From: an uncultured Nitrospirota bacterium
GTDB lineage: Bacteria; CG2-30-53-67
Assembly: GCA_945786985.1 (NCBI GenBank)
Contig: CALZGC010000131.1
Span: 946 to 64,945 of the forward strand
Reading direction: 5' to 3'
Length of the DNA stretch: 64,000 nucleotides
Position numbers and translations under genes: made by a program. The stretch's first letter is position 1; each line of letters begins with the position of its first letter. This document shows positions 50,186 through 59,931 of this stretch, one piece after another. The notes under the pieces were generated by a model. The model worked only from the letters and a program-made list of their open reading frames with translations. It had not been told where the DNA came from and did no database searches.

Positions 50186-52147
50186 ATGCGAACATCCAAA
50201 TTTCCCGTGGCAGCGCATGCCATGCAAGCAGAGGGCTCCAAGCACGTGATCAGTCGCATTATTGATTTCATTACCTTTGTGGGGCTGCCCATCCGGAAGA
50301 AGTTTCTGCTCTTTTCCATCGGCGTCCTTTTCTGGTTCCTGGTCATCTTCGTGATGAGCGTGGCCACGCTGTACGACATCAACCGCCGCTCGACCAACAT
50401 CGTCGACTCCATCATTCCCCATGACCGCATCGCCCAGAAGACCACCCGAAAGCTGCAGAGTCTCCACGTGGATGCCGTGGAAATCACGGACGCCTCTAAC
50501 CTGGAGTTCGTAACGCAGCGCACAATGGTCTCAAAGTCCAGGCTGAAAGATATCGATACCTTTCTAGCCGCCTTCGCCCGCGGGGGCCGAGTCCATGACT
50601 ACTCCCGGGACACCGATGAGCTCATTGAAAGTTTCGAGGTCGTCCCGGTCACAGAATACGCAGAGGGCGCCAAGTATGTGCAGGAATTGTCAGGGCTGAT
50701 CGAGACACTGGGCCTCGCCTTCGACGAACTGGCCCGCGTCAAGGGGGAGCTGCTCCAAGGCAGGGAACCGGAGGCCGTTGCGTTGCCGGGGGTCTATCAG
50801 AAGTTGCAAAAGGATCTGGCCGCGGCGCGGACCCTGTCTAACGGCTTCTCCGCCAAGTCGGCCTATCTCTACCAAGTGCAGTCGCAGAAGATCAAAGACG
50901 CTGTGCACTGTACCTCGTCGGCCGTCGTCGTCGTGCTCGTGATCGCCACCTCCCTGCTGGCACTTTTTACCATCTGGATTTCCCGTTCACTGGCCAACCC
51001 CATCAACTCCATGATCAAGCAAATCCATGCCCTCGGTGAGGGCACAGCCGATTTGTCCCAGAAGATCACCGTTTCCACGAAAGACGAAATCGGAAAGCTC
51101 TCATCCGAGTTCAATGGACTCATGGAGTCGATTCACGGAATGGCCACTTTCAAGAAGGTGATCGAGGAAGACGATACCCTGGATGATGTCTACCATCGCC
51201 TGGGGCGGGAATTTCGTAATGTCGTCGGGTTGGAGGAGTTCATCATTTTTGAAGTCGAAAAGAACGCCAAGAAAATGAAGGCGGCCTACCCGTTCCTGCT
51301 GCCCCATGAGGAGATCCACTGTCACGAGGACATTCTGGTGAACTCCGATCTCTGCCGAGCCAGGAAGACGGGACACCAAGTCTCCTCCCTGAGCTATCCG
51401 GGCATGTGCAGACAGTTTCGCGCGGACACCGGGAAGGAACACATCTGCCTTCCCATGATCGTTGGAGGCAGCACGGGCGGCGTGGTCCAATTCCTCTTCG
51501 ATAAGAACGGGCGGGCGACGGTGCATACAGACGCCATCGACCGGAAAGTTTTTGCGGCAGCCCAATACATCCAGGAATCCCTTTCGGTGATCGAGGCCAA
51601 GAAGCTCATGAACACCCTGAGAGAGTCGGCCATCAAGGACTCCCTGACGGGGCTTTATAACCGACGTTTTCTGCAGGACTATACGGAAACCCTCGTCGCG
51701 GGAGCCTTGCGGCGCGGGAAAGCCATCGGCCTGATCATGTGCGACCTCGATTACTTCAAACAGGTCAACGACACCTACGGCCATGATGTGGGTGACGCCA
51801 TCCTTCGAGAAACGGCCGCGACCCTGACCGAGTGCGTCCGCAAGACGGATTTCGTGCTGCGCTTCGGAGGCGAGGAGTTTCTGGTTCTGCTCGTCGATGT
51901 GGAAGAGGGAGAAGCGCTCACAATCGCCGAGAAGATCCGCACGACCTTGGCCGCCAAAAAACTCAAGGTTCCCGACGGCACCCTAACGAAAACCATCAGC
52001 CTCGGCGTCAGCGAGTTCCCCACCGACACCGAGGGCATCTGGCAGGCCATCAAGTACGCCGACGTGGCCCTCTACGAGGCGAAGCACCGCGGCAGGAACC
52101 TGACGGTTCGATTCGCATCCGAGATGTGGACCGAGGCAAAGTTCTAG
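50186..52147 (+). CDS. membrane diguanylate cyclase (sensor-HAMP-GAF-like-GGDEF); start uncertain
   Basis: two TMs, HAMP (DEIGKL...FN), DSLTGLYNRR, DLDYFKQVNDTYGH, RKTD I-site, RFGGEEF. Confidence 0.93.
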   Translation: MRTSKFPVAAHAMQAEGSKHVISRIIDFITFVGLPIRKKFLLFSIGVLFWFLVIFVMSVATLYDINRRSTNIVDSIIPHDRIAQKTTRKLQSLHVDAVEITDASNLEFVTQRTMVSKSRLKDIDTFLAAFARGGRVHDYSRDTDELIESFEVVPVTEYAEGAKYVQELSGLIETLGLAFDELARVKGELLQGREPEAVALPGVYQKLQKDLAAARTLSNGFSAKSAYLYQVQSQKIKDAVHCTSSAVVVVLVIATSLLALFTIWISRSLANPINSMIKQIHALGEGTADLSQKITVSTKDEIGKLSSEFNGLMESIHGMATFKKVIEEDDTLDDVYHRLGREFRNVVGLEEFIIFEVEKNAKKMKAAYPFLLPHEEIHCHEDILVNSDLCRARKTGHQVSSLSYPGMCRQFRADTGKEHICLPMIVGGSTGGVVQFLFDKNGRATVHTDAIDRKVFAAAQYIQESLSVIEAKKLMNTLRESAIKDSLTGLYNRRFLQDYTETLVAGALRRGKAIGLIMCDLDYFKQVNDTYGHDVGDAILRETAATLTECVRKTDFVLRFGGEEFLVLLVDVEEGEALTIAEKIRTTLAAKKLKVPDGTLTKTISLGVSEFPTDTEGIWQAIKYADVALYEAKHRGRNLTVRFASEMWTEAKF

Positions 52148-52463
52148 ACCCCCGCCGTTTCTTCTCAAAATCGCACCAACCGTGGACACTCCGGCAACCC
52201 CTGTTTTCCGATCCTCCCGGAGTCCCTTCGAAAGAACTCTCCGATCAGGCGGGCCGATACGCAATCGGTCACGCAGCACGCAGCCTGGCACCCGGGGATA
52301 GGTTGTGAAAAAAGTGTGAAAAAAGCTTCCCAAGGTGCCGCATGTCCCGATTCCCCGGGCGCCGCCGCCTCCCACTGGAAACGCTTTTCATCGAGGAAAG
52401 GCACGACCCGCCGCAGTCTCACCCCGTCAAGTGCCAAAAAGGGCATAACCGACACTCTATCGC

Positions 52464-52492
52464 TTGACAATCGAGCGCCAATTGAATAGCAT
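52464..52492 (+). promoter_or_regulatory. sigma70 promoter upstream of MITE copy 4 and the acyl-CoA synthetase
   Basis: TTGACA-N17-TAGCAT. Confidence 0.6.
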
Positions 52493-52500
52493 ACGGCGTG

Positions 52501-52691
52501 CTAACCTGGATATTGCATGAGTCATCGTCGTGAGAGGCCCCCCAGATCCTGGAGGCGCCACAGTCAAGGCGCAGAAGATTGACTGGCTGAAGGCCTATTG
52601 AAGTATTTCGAAGTCAGTAAATCTTCTGTAACGCCACATGGAGCAGACTATCCCGCCCCGCAATTGATTGCCTCATGCAATGTACGGGCTA
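52501..52691 (+). mobile_element. MITE-like element copy 4
   Basis: CTAACCTGGATATTGCATGAG ... CTCATGCAATGTACGGGCTA; inner stem CAGAAGATT-G-ACTGGCT / AGTCAGT-A-AATCTTCTG. Confidence 0.85.
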
Positions 52692-52753
52692 TACCGGGCC
52701 GAGATCTGGGGGGCCGCAGCCGAAACGATAGTGTCCTCATGAAGGAGATCGGG

Positions 52754-54649
52754 ATGGGAAAATACCAGGATATTTTCGACAGGAGCATCAGGGATCCACA
52801 GGGCTTTTGGGGTGAAGCCGCCGAGGCCATTGCGTGGGACCAGAAATGGGACAAGGTGCTGGACGATTCGAATGCCCCCTTTTACCGTTGGTTTGTCGGC
52901 GGGGAATTGAACACCTGTTACAACGCCCTGGACCGCCACGTCGAAGGGGGCCGGGCCGATCAGGTGGCCATCATCTATGACAGCCCCGTGACCGGCCAGG
53001 TCCGGAAAATCACCTACCGGGAGCTCCTGGACCAGGTCTCGAAATTTGCCGGCGCGCTGCAGGGACTGGGGGTCGGGAAGGGAGACACGGTGGTTGTTTA
53101 CATGCCCATGGTTCCGGAGGCGGCCGTGGCCATGCTGGCCTGTGCCCGCCTGGGGGCAATCCACTCGGTGGTCTTCGGGGGCTTTGCGCCCAACGAGTTG
53201 GCCATCCGGATCGACGATGCGAAACCCAAAGCGATGGTCACCGCCTCCTGCGGCATCGAGGTCAAACGCCTCATCGAATACAAGCCGCTGCTCGACAAGG
53301 CCATCGAACTGGCCAAGAACAAGCCGCAGCACTGCGTGATCCTCCAGAGACCGCAGGCCAAGGCCACACTCAAGCCCGGTCGGGACCATGACTGGGAAGC
53401 GCTGACGAGCGGGGCCAAACCGGCCGCGTGTGTGCCGGTCCAGGCGACGGATCCACTCTATATTCTCTACACCTCCGGGACGACGGGCATGCCCAAGGGG
53501 GTGGTCCGGGACAACGGCGGCCACGCCGTGGCTCTCCGGTGGAGTATGGAGAACATCTACGATGTGGCGCCGGGCGATGTCTACTGGGCGGCCTCCGACG
53601 TCGGATGGGTTGTCGGGCACTCCTACATCGTTTATGCTCCGCTGATCACGGGCTGCACCACGGTGCTCTTCGAGGGCAAGCCCGTGGGAACGCCCGACCC
53701 CGGCGCCTTCTGGCGGGTCATCTCGGAACATGACGTGAAGGTTCTCTTTACCGCCCCCACGGCGTTCAGAGCGATCAAACGGGACGATCCCAATGGAGAA
53801 TATCTCAAGAAATACGACCTCTCCGGATTCAAATACCTGTTTCTGGCCGGCGAGCGCCTCGATCCAGACACCTACCACTGGGCCAGCGAGCGTCTCAATC
53901 GCCCCGTGATCGATCACTGGTGGCAGACCGAAACGGGGTGGCCCATCACCGCCAACCCCATGGGGATCGAGCCATTTCCCGTCAAACCGGGCTCATCGAC
54001 GAAACCCGTCCCCGGATACAACATCAAGATACTCGATCCCGAAGGCAAGGAGCTGGGGGCTAACCAGGAAGGCCTTGTGGCGGCAAAGCTCCCGCTGCCG
54101 CCGGGCAACCTGCCGACCCTCTGGCAGGCCGATCAGCGGTTCAAAGAATCTTACACCGAGCCCTACCCGGGTTACTACTTTACCAGCGACGGCGGCTACA
54201 TCGACGACGAGGGGTATGTCTTCGTCATGGGGCGGGTGGACGATGTCATCAATGTGGCGGGGCACCGTCTCTCCACCGGGGCCCTGGAGGAAGTGGTCGC
54301 CACGCACCCCGACGTGGCCGAGTGTGCGGTGATCGGCGTCGCGGACACCCTGAAAGGGCAACTCCCTCTCGGTTTTGCCGTTCTCAAATCAGGGGTTAGT
54401 ACGGATCACGGGAACATACAGAAGACCCTGATCCAGATGGTCCGCGAACAGGTTGGGGCCGTTGCGGCCTTCAAAAAGGTTGCCATTGTCGGCAGTCTCC
54501 CGAAGACCCGATCCGGCAAGATCCTGCGGGGAACCATGCGGAAAATCGCCGATGGAGAATCCTACAAGGTTCCATCCACCATCGACGATCCTGCCATTCT
54601 GGGTCAGATCGAAACGGCTTTGAAGGATATCGGCTACGGGGGAAAATAA
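52754..54649 (+). CDS. prpE: propionyl-CoA/acetyl-CoA synthetase
   Basis: YTSGTTGMPKGV.RDNGGH, SDVGWVVGHSY, DHWWQTETG, LPKTRSGKILR; AAGGAG RBS before ATG 52754 (the longer ORF-track start lies inside the MITE). Confidence 0.88.
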   Translation: MGKYQDIFDRSIRDPQGFWGEAAEAIAWDQKWDKVLDDSNAPFYRWFVGGELNTCYNALDRHVEGGRADQVAIIYDSPVTGQVRKITYRELLDQVSKFAGALQGLGVGKGDTVVVYMPMVPEAAVAMLACARLGAIHSVVFGGFAPNELAIRIDDAKPKAMVTASCGIEVKRLIEYKPLLDKAIELAKNKPQHCVILQRPQAKATLKPGRDHDWEALTSGAKPAACVPVQATDPLYILYTSGTTGMPKGVVRDNGGHAVALRWSMENIYDVAPGDVYWAASDVGWVVGHSYIVYAPLITGCTTVLFEGKPVGTPDPGAFWRVISEHDVKVLFTAPTAFRAIKRDDPNGEYLKKYDLSGFKYLFLAGERLDPDTYHWASERLNRPVIDHWWQTETGWPITANPMGIEPFPVKPGSSTKPVPGYNIKILDPEGKELGANQEGLVAAKLPLPPGNLPTLWQADQRFKESYTEPYPGYYFTSDGGYIDDEGYVFVMGRVDDVINVAGHRLSTGALEEVVATHPDVAECAVIGVADTLKGQLPLGFAVLKSGVSTDHGNIQKTLIQMVREQVGAVAAFKKVAIVGSLPKTRSGKILRGTMRKIADGESYKVPSTIDDPAILGQIETALKDIGYGGK

Positions 54650-54691
54650 CGGGCACGGGGGGCCGTTGCGCCCTCCGGCTCTTCGCTTGGG

Positions 54692-55906
54692 CTATAGAAT
54701 AAGGAGTTTGATCAGGAGCATGCTGATCGCGGCGATCGTGGCGGTGGAGCAGATACTCAGCAGGACCGGTTTGTAGCCGACCCGCATCAGTTGCCGTAGA
54801 TCCGTTTCCAGACCCATCCCCGCCATGGCCATGGTCAGCAGAAACATGTCAAAGATCTCGATCCACCGGATCGCCTTCGGCGTGAAGAACTCCAATGAGT
54901 TCAGCACGACCATCCCCACGAATCCCAGAAGGAAATAGGGGAAGGCCACCCTGGCGGCCGCCGCACCGTCGCCCCCTTGAGGGCCCCGGTTGACCGCAAG
55001 CCAGGAGAGGACGAAAGCCACCGGCACCAGCGCGGCCACTCGCGTCAGCTTGACGATGGTGCCTATCTCTCCGCTCACCTCGCCGCCGCCGAAGGCTGCG
55101 GCAATCACCTGCGCCACCTCATGGATGGACGCGCCGGCCCAGAATCCATACTGCGCGTCGCTCAGATGAAAGATCCCGAGCTTGTGCAGCAGCGGGTAGA
55201 GCAGCATGGAGACGGTTCCAAAGATGGTAATGGAACTGATGGCGACGATCACGTGCTCCTCCCGGGAGCGAGTGATGGCCCCGGCCGTCAGGATCGCAGA
55301 GGCACCGCAGATGGAGGTCCCCGTTGCAATGAGCAGCGTCTGTGAGGGGTCCATCCCCAGCACCTTTCCGGCACCCACGGTGGCCAGCAGGGTGACGGTC
55401 AGCGGAACCAGCGCGATGGCCGCACCCTCCCACCCCAGTCCCGTGATCTGTTCAAAGGTGATCCGAACCCCGAGCAGCGCCACGGCAAATCGCAGCACCT
55501 GTCGCATGGAGAAGAAGATCCCCTGCTTATAGGCCGCCGGCAGGATGAACGCATTTCGCAGGACCATCCCCATGGCCATGGCCGCTATCAGAGGGGTCAC
55601 ATAATGAAGCTGGGCCCCCGTATGCAGCGCCATGGCCGAGATCACAGCGGTGAGCATGAGTCCCGGCAGAAGTATCTCGACTTCCGGCGGTACGATGAAC
55701 CTGAATTTGATGGCCAGGGACTCGCGCGCACCCCCCGGATCGATGACGCTATCCCCACCGGTATGGCTCTGATCCACGTTCAACTCCTTCCCCGAAAAGA
55801 CGGCCTGGAAAGTTTCGTCCCGGTTGCCGGCACGGGAGGCATTATCATGATCCGAACGAACCAAGTCAAATGCATTCGGCTCATGGTTGCCATGCGTTTG
55901 AAGCAT
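54692..55906 (-). CDS. YeiH/UPF0324 family putative sulfate exporter; start uncertain
   Basis: LR.AVALLG.RI, GTSICGASAI, WAGASIHEVAQV, VKLTRV, AMAGMGL. Confidence 0.9.
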   Translation of the reverse strand: MLQTHGNHEPNAFDLVRSDHDNASRAGNRDETFQAVFSGKELNVDQSHTGGDSVIDPGGARESLAIKFRFIVPPEVEILLPGLMLTAVISAMALHTGAQLHYVTPLIAAMAMGMVLRNAFILPAAYKQGIFFSMRQVLRFAVALLGVRITFEQITGLGWEGAAIALVPLTVTLLATVGAGKVLGMDPSQTLLIATGTSICGASAILTAGAITRSREEHVIVAISSITIFGTVSMLLYPLLHKLGIFHLSDAQYGFWAGASIHEVAQVIAAAFGGGEVSGEIGTIVKLTRVAALVPVAFVLSWLAVNRGPQGGDGAAAARVAFPYFLLGFVGMVVLNSLEFFTPKAIRWIEIFDMFLLTMAMAGMGLETDLRQLMRVGYKPVLLSICSTATIAAISMLLIKLLIL

Positions 55907-55981
55907 GGATGCAACCAGACGATCTTTGGCGGGTAGAGGAGGAAAGACAAACGGGTTTCAGGATCGGTCCCGCGTGCGGTT

Positions 55982-57796
55982 CTAGCGATACCCTGCGGCC
56001 TGCAGGGAAAAGAGGCGGGCATAGTGCCCGTCGGCAGCCATGAGTTGTTCGTGACTGCCGTGCTCGATGATTCGGCCCTCCTGAATGACCAGGATCTTGT
56101 TGGCCATTCGCACCGTTGAGAAGCGGTGGGAAATGAGAATGGCCATCCGGTCTCCGGCGAGATTCCGGACGTGTTCGAAGATCTCCGCCTCGGCCTGGGC
56201 GTCGATGGAAGCCGTCGGCTCGTCGAGCACCAGAATGTCCGCCTGGCTCCGCATGAACGCGCGCGCCAGGGCGATCTTCTGCCACTCCCCGCCGGAGAGT
56301 TCCTTGCCACCCTTGAACCATCGGCCCAGCTGGGTCCAATAGGTCTCGGGCAGGGACTCGACGAAGGGAGCTGCCATCCCCATCTCCGCCGCACGTTCCC
56401 ATCGGGACCGGTCCTCGAAGTGCTTCACGTCTCCGGCGCCGATGTTTTCACCCACCAGAAGCTGGTAGCGGGCGAAATCCTGGAAAATCACTCCGATCCG
56501 CTGTCGCAGCGACTCGGGATCCCACTGTGCAAGATCGGTCCCATCCAGGAGAATGCGGCCCGACGTCGGGGTGTAGAGGCGGGTCAGCAGTTTGATCAGG
56601 GTCGTTTTTCCGGAGCCGTTCTGACCGACCAGGGCCAGACTCTCCCCTGGCTTCAGCGCAAAGGAAATACCCTCCAACGCAGCGCTGTCGGTGCCGGGGT
56701 AGGTAAAGGTGACGTTTTCGAACCGGACACCGTCGCCGGGCACGGCGCCCGCTGTTTCGATCCCAGGCGCTGCGGGGACCTCCTGTTCGAGGTATTCGTA
56801 GAGGTTCGACAGATAGAGGTTGTCCTCGTACATACCGCCGATGGCGCTCAGGCTCGCCGAGACCGCGGCCTGACCCTGCTTGAAGACCAGCAGATACATG
56901 GTCATCTGGCCGAGGGAGATGCGGCCGGCAATGGTGGACAGAGCCACCCAGGCATAGGCGCCGTAGAAGGCGGCGGTCCCGATCAGCCCGAGACCGTACC
57001 CCCACAGACCGCGCCGCAAGGTCAGCCGCCGGTCTTCCCCGTAGAGCGTGCGGAAGATCCCGTGATAGCGATCGAGCAGGAGGGGGCCGAGCTGGTAGAG
57101 CTTGACCTCCTTGGCATAGTCCTCCCGGGCCAGCACGGTTTCGAGGTAGAACTGCTTGCGGGTTTCCGGTGAGCGCCACCGGAAAAGGCGGAAGGCGTCG
57201 CCGGAGAATTTTGCCTCCCCCACGAACTCGGGCAGGCCCGCCACCACTAGAACGGCCACAGCCCACGGGGAGAATTGCACGAGCAGCACGCCGTAGCTCA
57301 CCAGAGAAATCCCCTGCTGGATCAGTCCAAAGGTTTTAGTGATAAGGCTGAGCGGCCGGCTCGAGGCCTCCCGGCGCGCGCGGGTCAGTTTGTCGTAGAA
57401 CTCGGAGTCTTCGAAGTTGGCCATCTCCAGGCTCAGCGCCTTTTCCAGAATCATCACATTGACCCGCTGTCCCAGCAGAGCCCGGAGCAGCGACTGACAG
57501 ATGGAAATGCCCCGTTGGGCGCCGGCGAGCAGCACCACGATGGCCGCCTCCAGCCCTACAAAGTAGAGCACCGGGGCCGCATCGATCGCCCCGCCGGCCA
57601 TCCGCTGGTTGATGGCAGCCACGACGCCGTCCACGATCAGTTTGCCCACGTACGCCGCCCCAGCCGGCAGAACCCCGGCCACCAGGGTGAGCACCGCAAG
57701 GATCATGGTCAGACCGCGGCTCGTTGACCAGACCAATGCAATGGCCCGGCGGCTGTACCGGAAAACACCGAGAAAACGGCCGAAGGGGTCAGTCAT
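55982..57796 (-). CDS. fused ABC exporter (TMD plus NBD)
   Basis: TMD then GQNGSGKTT, LSGGEWQKIALAR, LDEPT, SHR. Confidence 0.95.
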   Translation of the reverse strand: MTDPFGRFLGVFRYSRRAIALVWSTSRGLTMILAVLTLVAGVLPAGAAYVGKLIVDGVVAAINQRMAGGAIDAAPVLYFVGLEAAIVVLLAGAQRGISICQSLLRALLGQRVNVMILEKALSLEMANFEDSEFYDKLTRARREASSRPLSLITKTFGLIQQGISLVSYGVLLVQFSPWAVAVLVVAGLPEFVGEAKFSGDAFRLFRWRSPETRKQFYLETVLAREDYAKEVKLYQLGPLLLDRYHGIFRTLYGEDRRLTLRRGLWGYGLGLIGTAAFYGAYAWVALSTIAGRISLGQMTMYLLVFKQGQAAVSASLSAIGGMYEDNLYLSNLYEYLEQEVPAAPGIETAGAVPGDGVRFENVTFTYPGTDSAALEGISFALKPGESLALVGQNGSGKTTLIKLLTRLYTPTSGRILLDGTDLAQWDPESLRQRIGVIFQDFARYQLLVGENIGAGDVKHFEDRSRWERAAEMGMAAPFVESLPETYWTQLGRWFKGGKELSGGEWQKIALARAFMRSQADILVLDEPTASIDAQAEAEIFEHVRNLAGDRMAILISHRFSTVRMANKILVIQEGRIIEHGSHEQLMAADGHYARLFSLQAAGYR

Positions 57797-58069
57797 GCGT
57801 CACTCGAGGGAAAAGTCTTGGCGGACATGGAGGACCTGATAAAAGTACAGCGGGTGCACTCAAAAGTAAAGCGTTAATCTCTTTACAGGATCAGTGCAAT
57901 GTCCTGGCGCAAGTCTAAACGGTTGCCGAACCGTTTGTGAACCCGCTTGAGCAGATCTCGCATGCTGATACGCTGGGGGCATCAAAGGGTGGAATTCGGT
58001 GGGACAAAGGCGCCCCGCGGAGCTTCGGTTGATATCATCCGCTTGCAGGAGAAAGTGCCTCCTCCCGCA

Positions 58070-58972
58070 TCAGGGGCGGCCGTCTTTGCCGAGCTTCACA
58101 AACGTACCCTGCTCATATTCTTCGAAGGCAACCCGCAGCTCCTCCTGCGTGTTCATGACGATGGGTCCCCGCCACGCCACGGGCTCCCCGATGGGCTTCC
58201 CGGAAATCAGGAGGAAGCGGACGGCCTCATCTTCGGTGCCCACTGCCAGGGAGTCACCGTCCCCGAAAAGAATCAGGGTCTCGTTGCCGATGAGAGCACC
58301 CCCAGGCACCTCCCGGTTTGGAGCGGTCTGCTCTTCCCCCGAAAAGTCACCCCGGCCACCGATGACATAGACAAAGACGGTGTGCCCCCGCTTCGTCGGG
58401 TGGGTGAAGTGGGTGCCGGGCGGCACCGTCACATCCAGGTACTCCGGATCGATCACAATGTCCCCGACGGCGCCTTGCGTGTCCCCGATCTGCCCGCTGA
58501 TGATCCTGATTTCTGTGCCATCGTCCAGCCGCACCTTCGGAATTTGCGCAGCCTGGATATCCCGGTACCGCGGGTCCATCATCTTCCGGGCGGCCGGCAG
58601 GTTGGCCCAGAGCTGAAAGCCTTCCATCCGCCCTTCGGCATCCCCCTTCGGCATCTCCTGATGGATGATCCCGCTGCCAGCGGTCATCCACTGGACGTCT
58701 CCCGAAGTAATATCTCCGCGGTTTCCCATGCTGTCGCCGTGCTCCACATCTCCCCGGAGAACATAGGTAATCGTCTCGATGCCCCGATGCGGGTGCCATG
58801 GAAATCCTTTCAGGTAATGCTCCGGATTGTCCGAGCGGAAATCATCGAGCATCAGGAAAGGGTCGAACCGGGGCACGTCGCTGGAGCCGAAGGCCCGCCT
58901 GAGGTGAACGCCGGCCCCTTCGATGACCGACTTGCTCTTGAAAACTCTACGAATGCTTCTGGACGCTTCCAT
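58070..58972 (-). CDS. pirin family protein
   Basis: EGAG, DPFLMLDDF, GFPWHPHRGIET, QWMTAGSGIIHQEMP, FQLWANLP, GPIVMNT; GGGAG RBS. Confidence 0.95.
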   Translation of the reverse strand: MEASRSIRRVFKSKSVIEGAGVHLRRAFGSSDVPRFDPFLMLDDFRSDNPEHYLKGFPWHPHRGIETITYVLRGDVEHGDSMGNRGDITSGDVQWMTAGSGIIHQEMPKGDAEGRMEGFQLWANLPAARKMMDPRYRDIQAAQIPKVRLDDGTEIRIISGQIGDTQGAVGDIVIDPEYLDVTVPPGTHFTHPTKRGHTVFVYVIGGRGDFSGEEQTAPNREVPGGALIGNETLILFGDGDSLAVGTEDEAVRFLLISGKPIGEPVAWRGPIVMNTQEELRVAFEEYEQGTFVKLGKDGRP

Positions 58973-59070
58973 GACCACACTCCCATGTTTTTGAAGAAGC
59001 AGCGGCTCTCTTGCATGGGCCGTGTTGCAACGCGGGCACGGCTCGCCTCCAGGTGCCGCCGCCTCGGGCT

Positions 59071-59754
59071 TCACGAAGGCATTTCTACTTTCCGATAGTT
59101 CGCCACGGATCGGTTGCAGATGTCGCAGGGGGAACTTGGCTCCCGGTCAATGGTGGAACCACAAACCATGCAGATATGGAAGTACAGCTTGAGCCGCTCA
59201 ATCTTGCCCACGGCAGTGCCAACGAAGAATCCCTTAAATCTAGTGAGTTCTCTTATTTTTCTTTCATGCTGGCGGTGCGATTTCCATGAATACATGCAGT
59301 TGACGATGGCGCCCTCGTGGGATTCCGCTTCCAGTTCACTCAGAAAGTCCGGATAGACGGCTTCAATCTTCTCCAGCTCATTCTCTGCCGCCTGCCGCAG
59401 ATTGGCTCTCGTGTCCGCGATATGAAGATCCACCGTCGCCCTTTCCAACTCTCTGCCCAGGGTTTTCAGGATGCGCTGATAGTTCTCCGCATGCACGCGT
59501 TCCGAAATCGAAAAAGCATGGAAGAGGTGCGCCACGTTCCCCAGTTCCTCCTGGAGGGCCTTTTGTGTGTAACCGACATAATGTTCATGGGCTGTCATCT
59601 CCGTCCCATGGGCACGTTCCAGAACCCCAGTGGTCTGCTGCCAGACGCGAGGGCTGCTCTGTCCCTGGCGTTGCGCGGCCAACGCCGAAGGGGAGCAGAG
59701 AAAAGGCAAAGCGGAAGCAAGACTGAGGAATTCCCTTCTTGAAAATGGCACCAT
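59071..59754 (-). CDS. rubrerythrin-like protein with Tat signal peptide
   Basis: SRREFL plus hydrophobic stretch plus ALA; ferritin-like helices (E..A...Y, SERVHA, TRANL..A, VYP); C-terminal CMVCG...CDIC. Confidence 0.85.
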   Translation of the reverse strand: MVPFSRREFLSLASALPFLCSPSALAAQRQGQSSPRVWQQTTGVLERAHGTEMTAHEHYVGYTQKALQEELGNVAHLFHAFSISERVHAENYQRILKTLGRELERATVDLHIADTRANLRQAAENELEKIEAVYPDFLSELEAESHEGAIVNCMYSWKSHRQHERKIRELTRFKGFFVGTAVGKIERLKLYFHICMVCGSTIDREPSSPCDICNRSVANYRKVEMPS

Positions 59755-59886
59755 GCTCACACCCCTTTTCCCTCCAGAGGAGCGAGGCCGCCCGCCAGAC
59801 TCATATTTTCGGACTTTCGCCTCTCGGAAATCAGCCAAACCCCTCTCGCTGCGCAACAAGCGTCCTTGCCTTTGTGCGTAATACAG

Positions 59887-59931
59887 CATTTGTCAGGTCA
59901 AATGTATACCGCAAAACTGCCGAACAAGCAA
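59887..59931 (-). promoter_or_regulatory. promoter with overlapping palindrome upstream of the Tat-rubrerythrin
   Basis: TTGCTT-N17-TATACA overlapped by CATTTG-N6-CAAATG. Confidence 0.45.

Noticed and set aside
20922..52691. CRISPR array or autonomous IS explanation for the repeats
   Set aside because: Copies are dispersed, lack spacers and encode no transposase; no cas genes seen
52598..52753. N-terminal extension of the acyl-CoA synthetase in the ORF track
   Set aside because: Starts inside MITE copy 4; family similarity and RBS support ATG 52754
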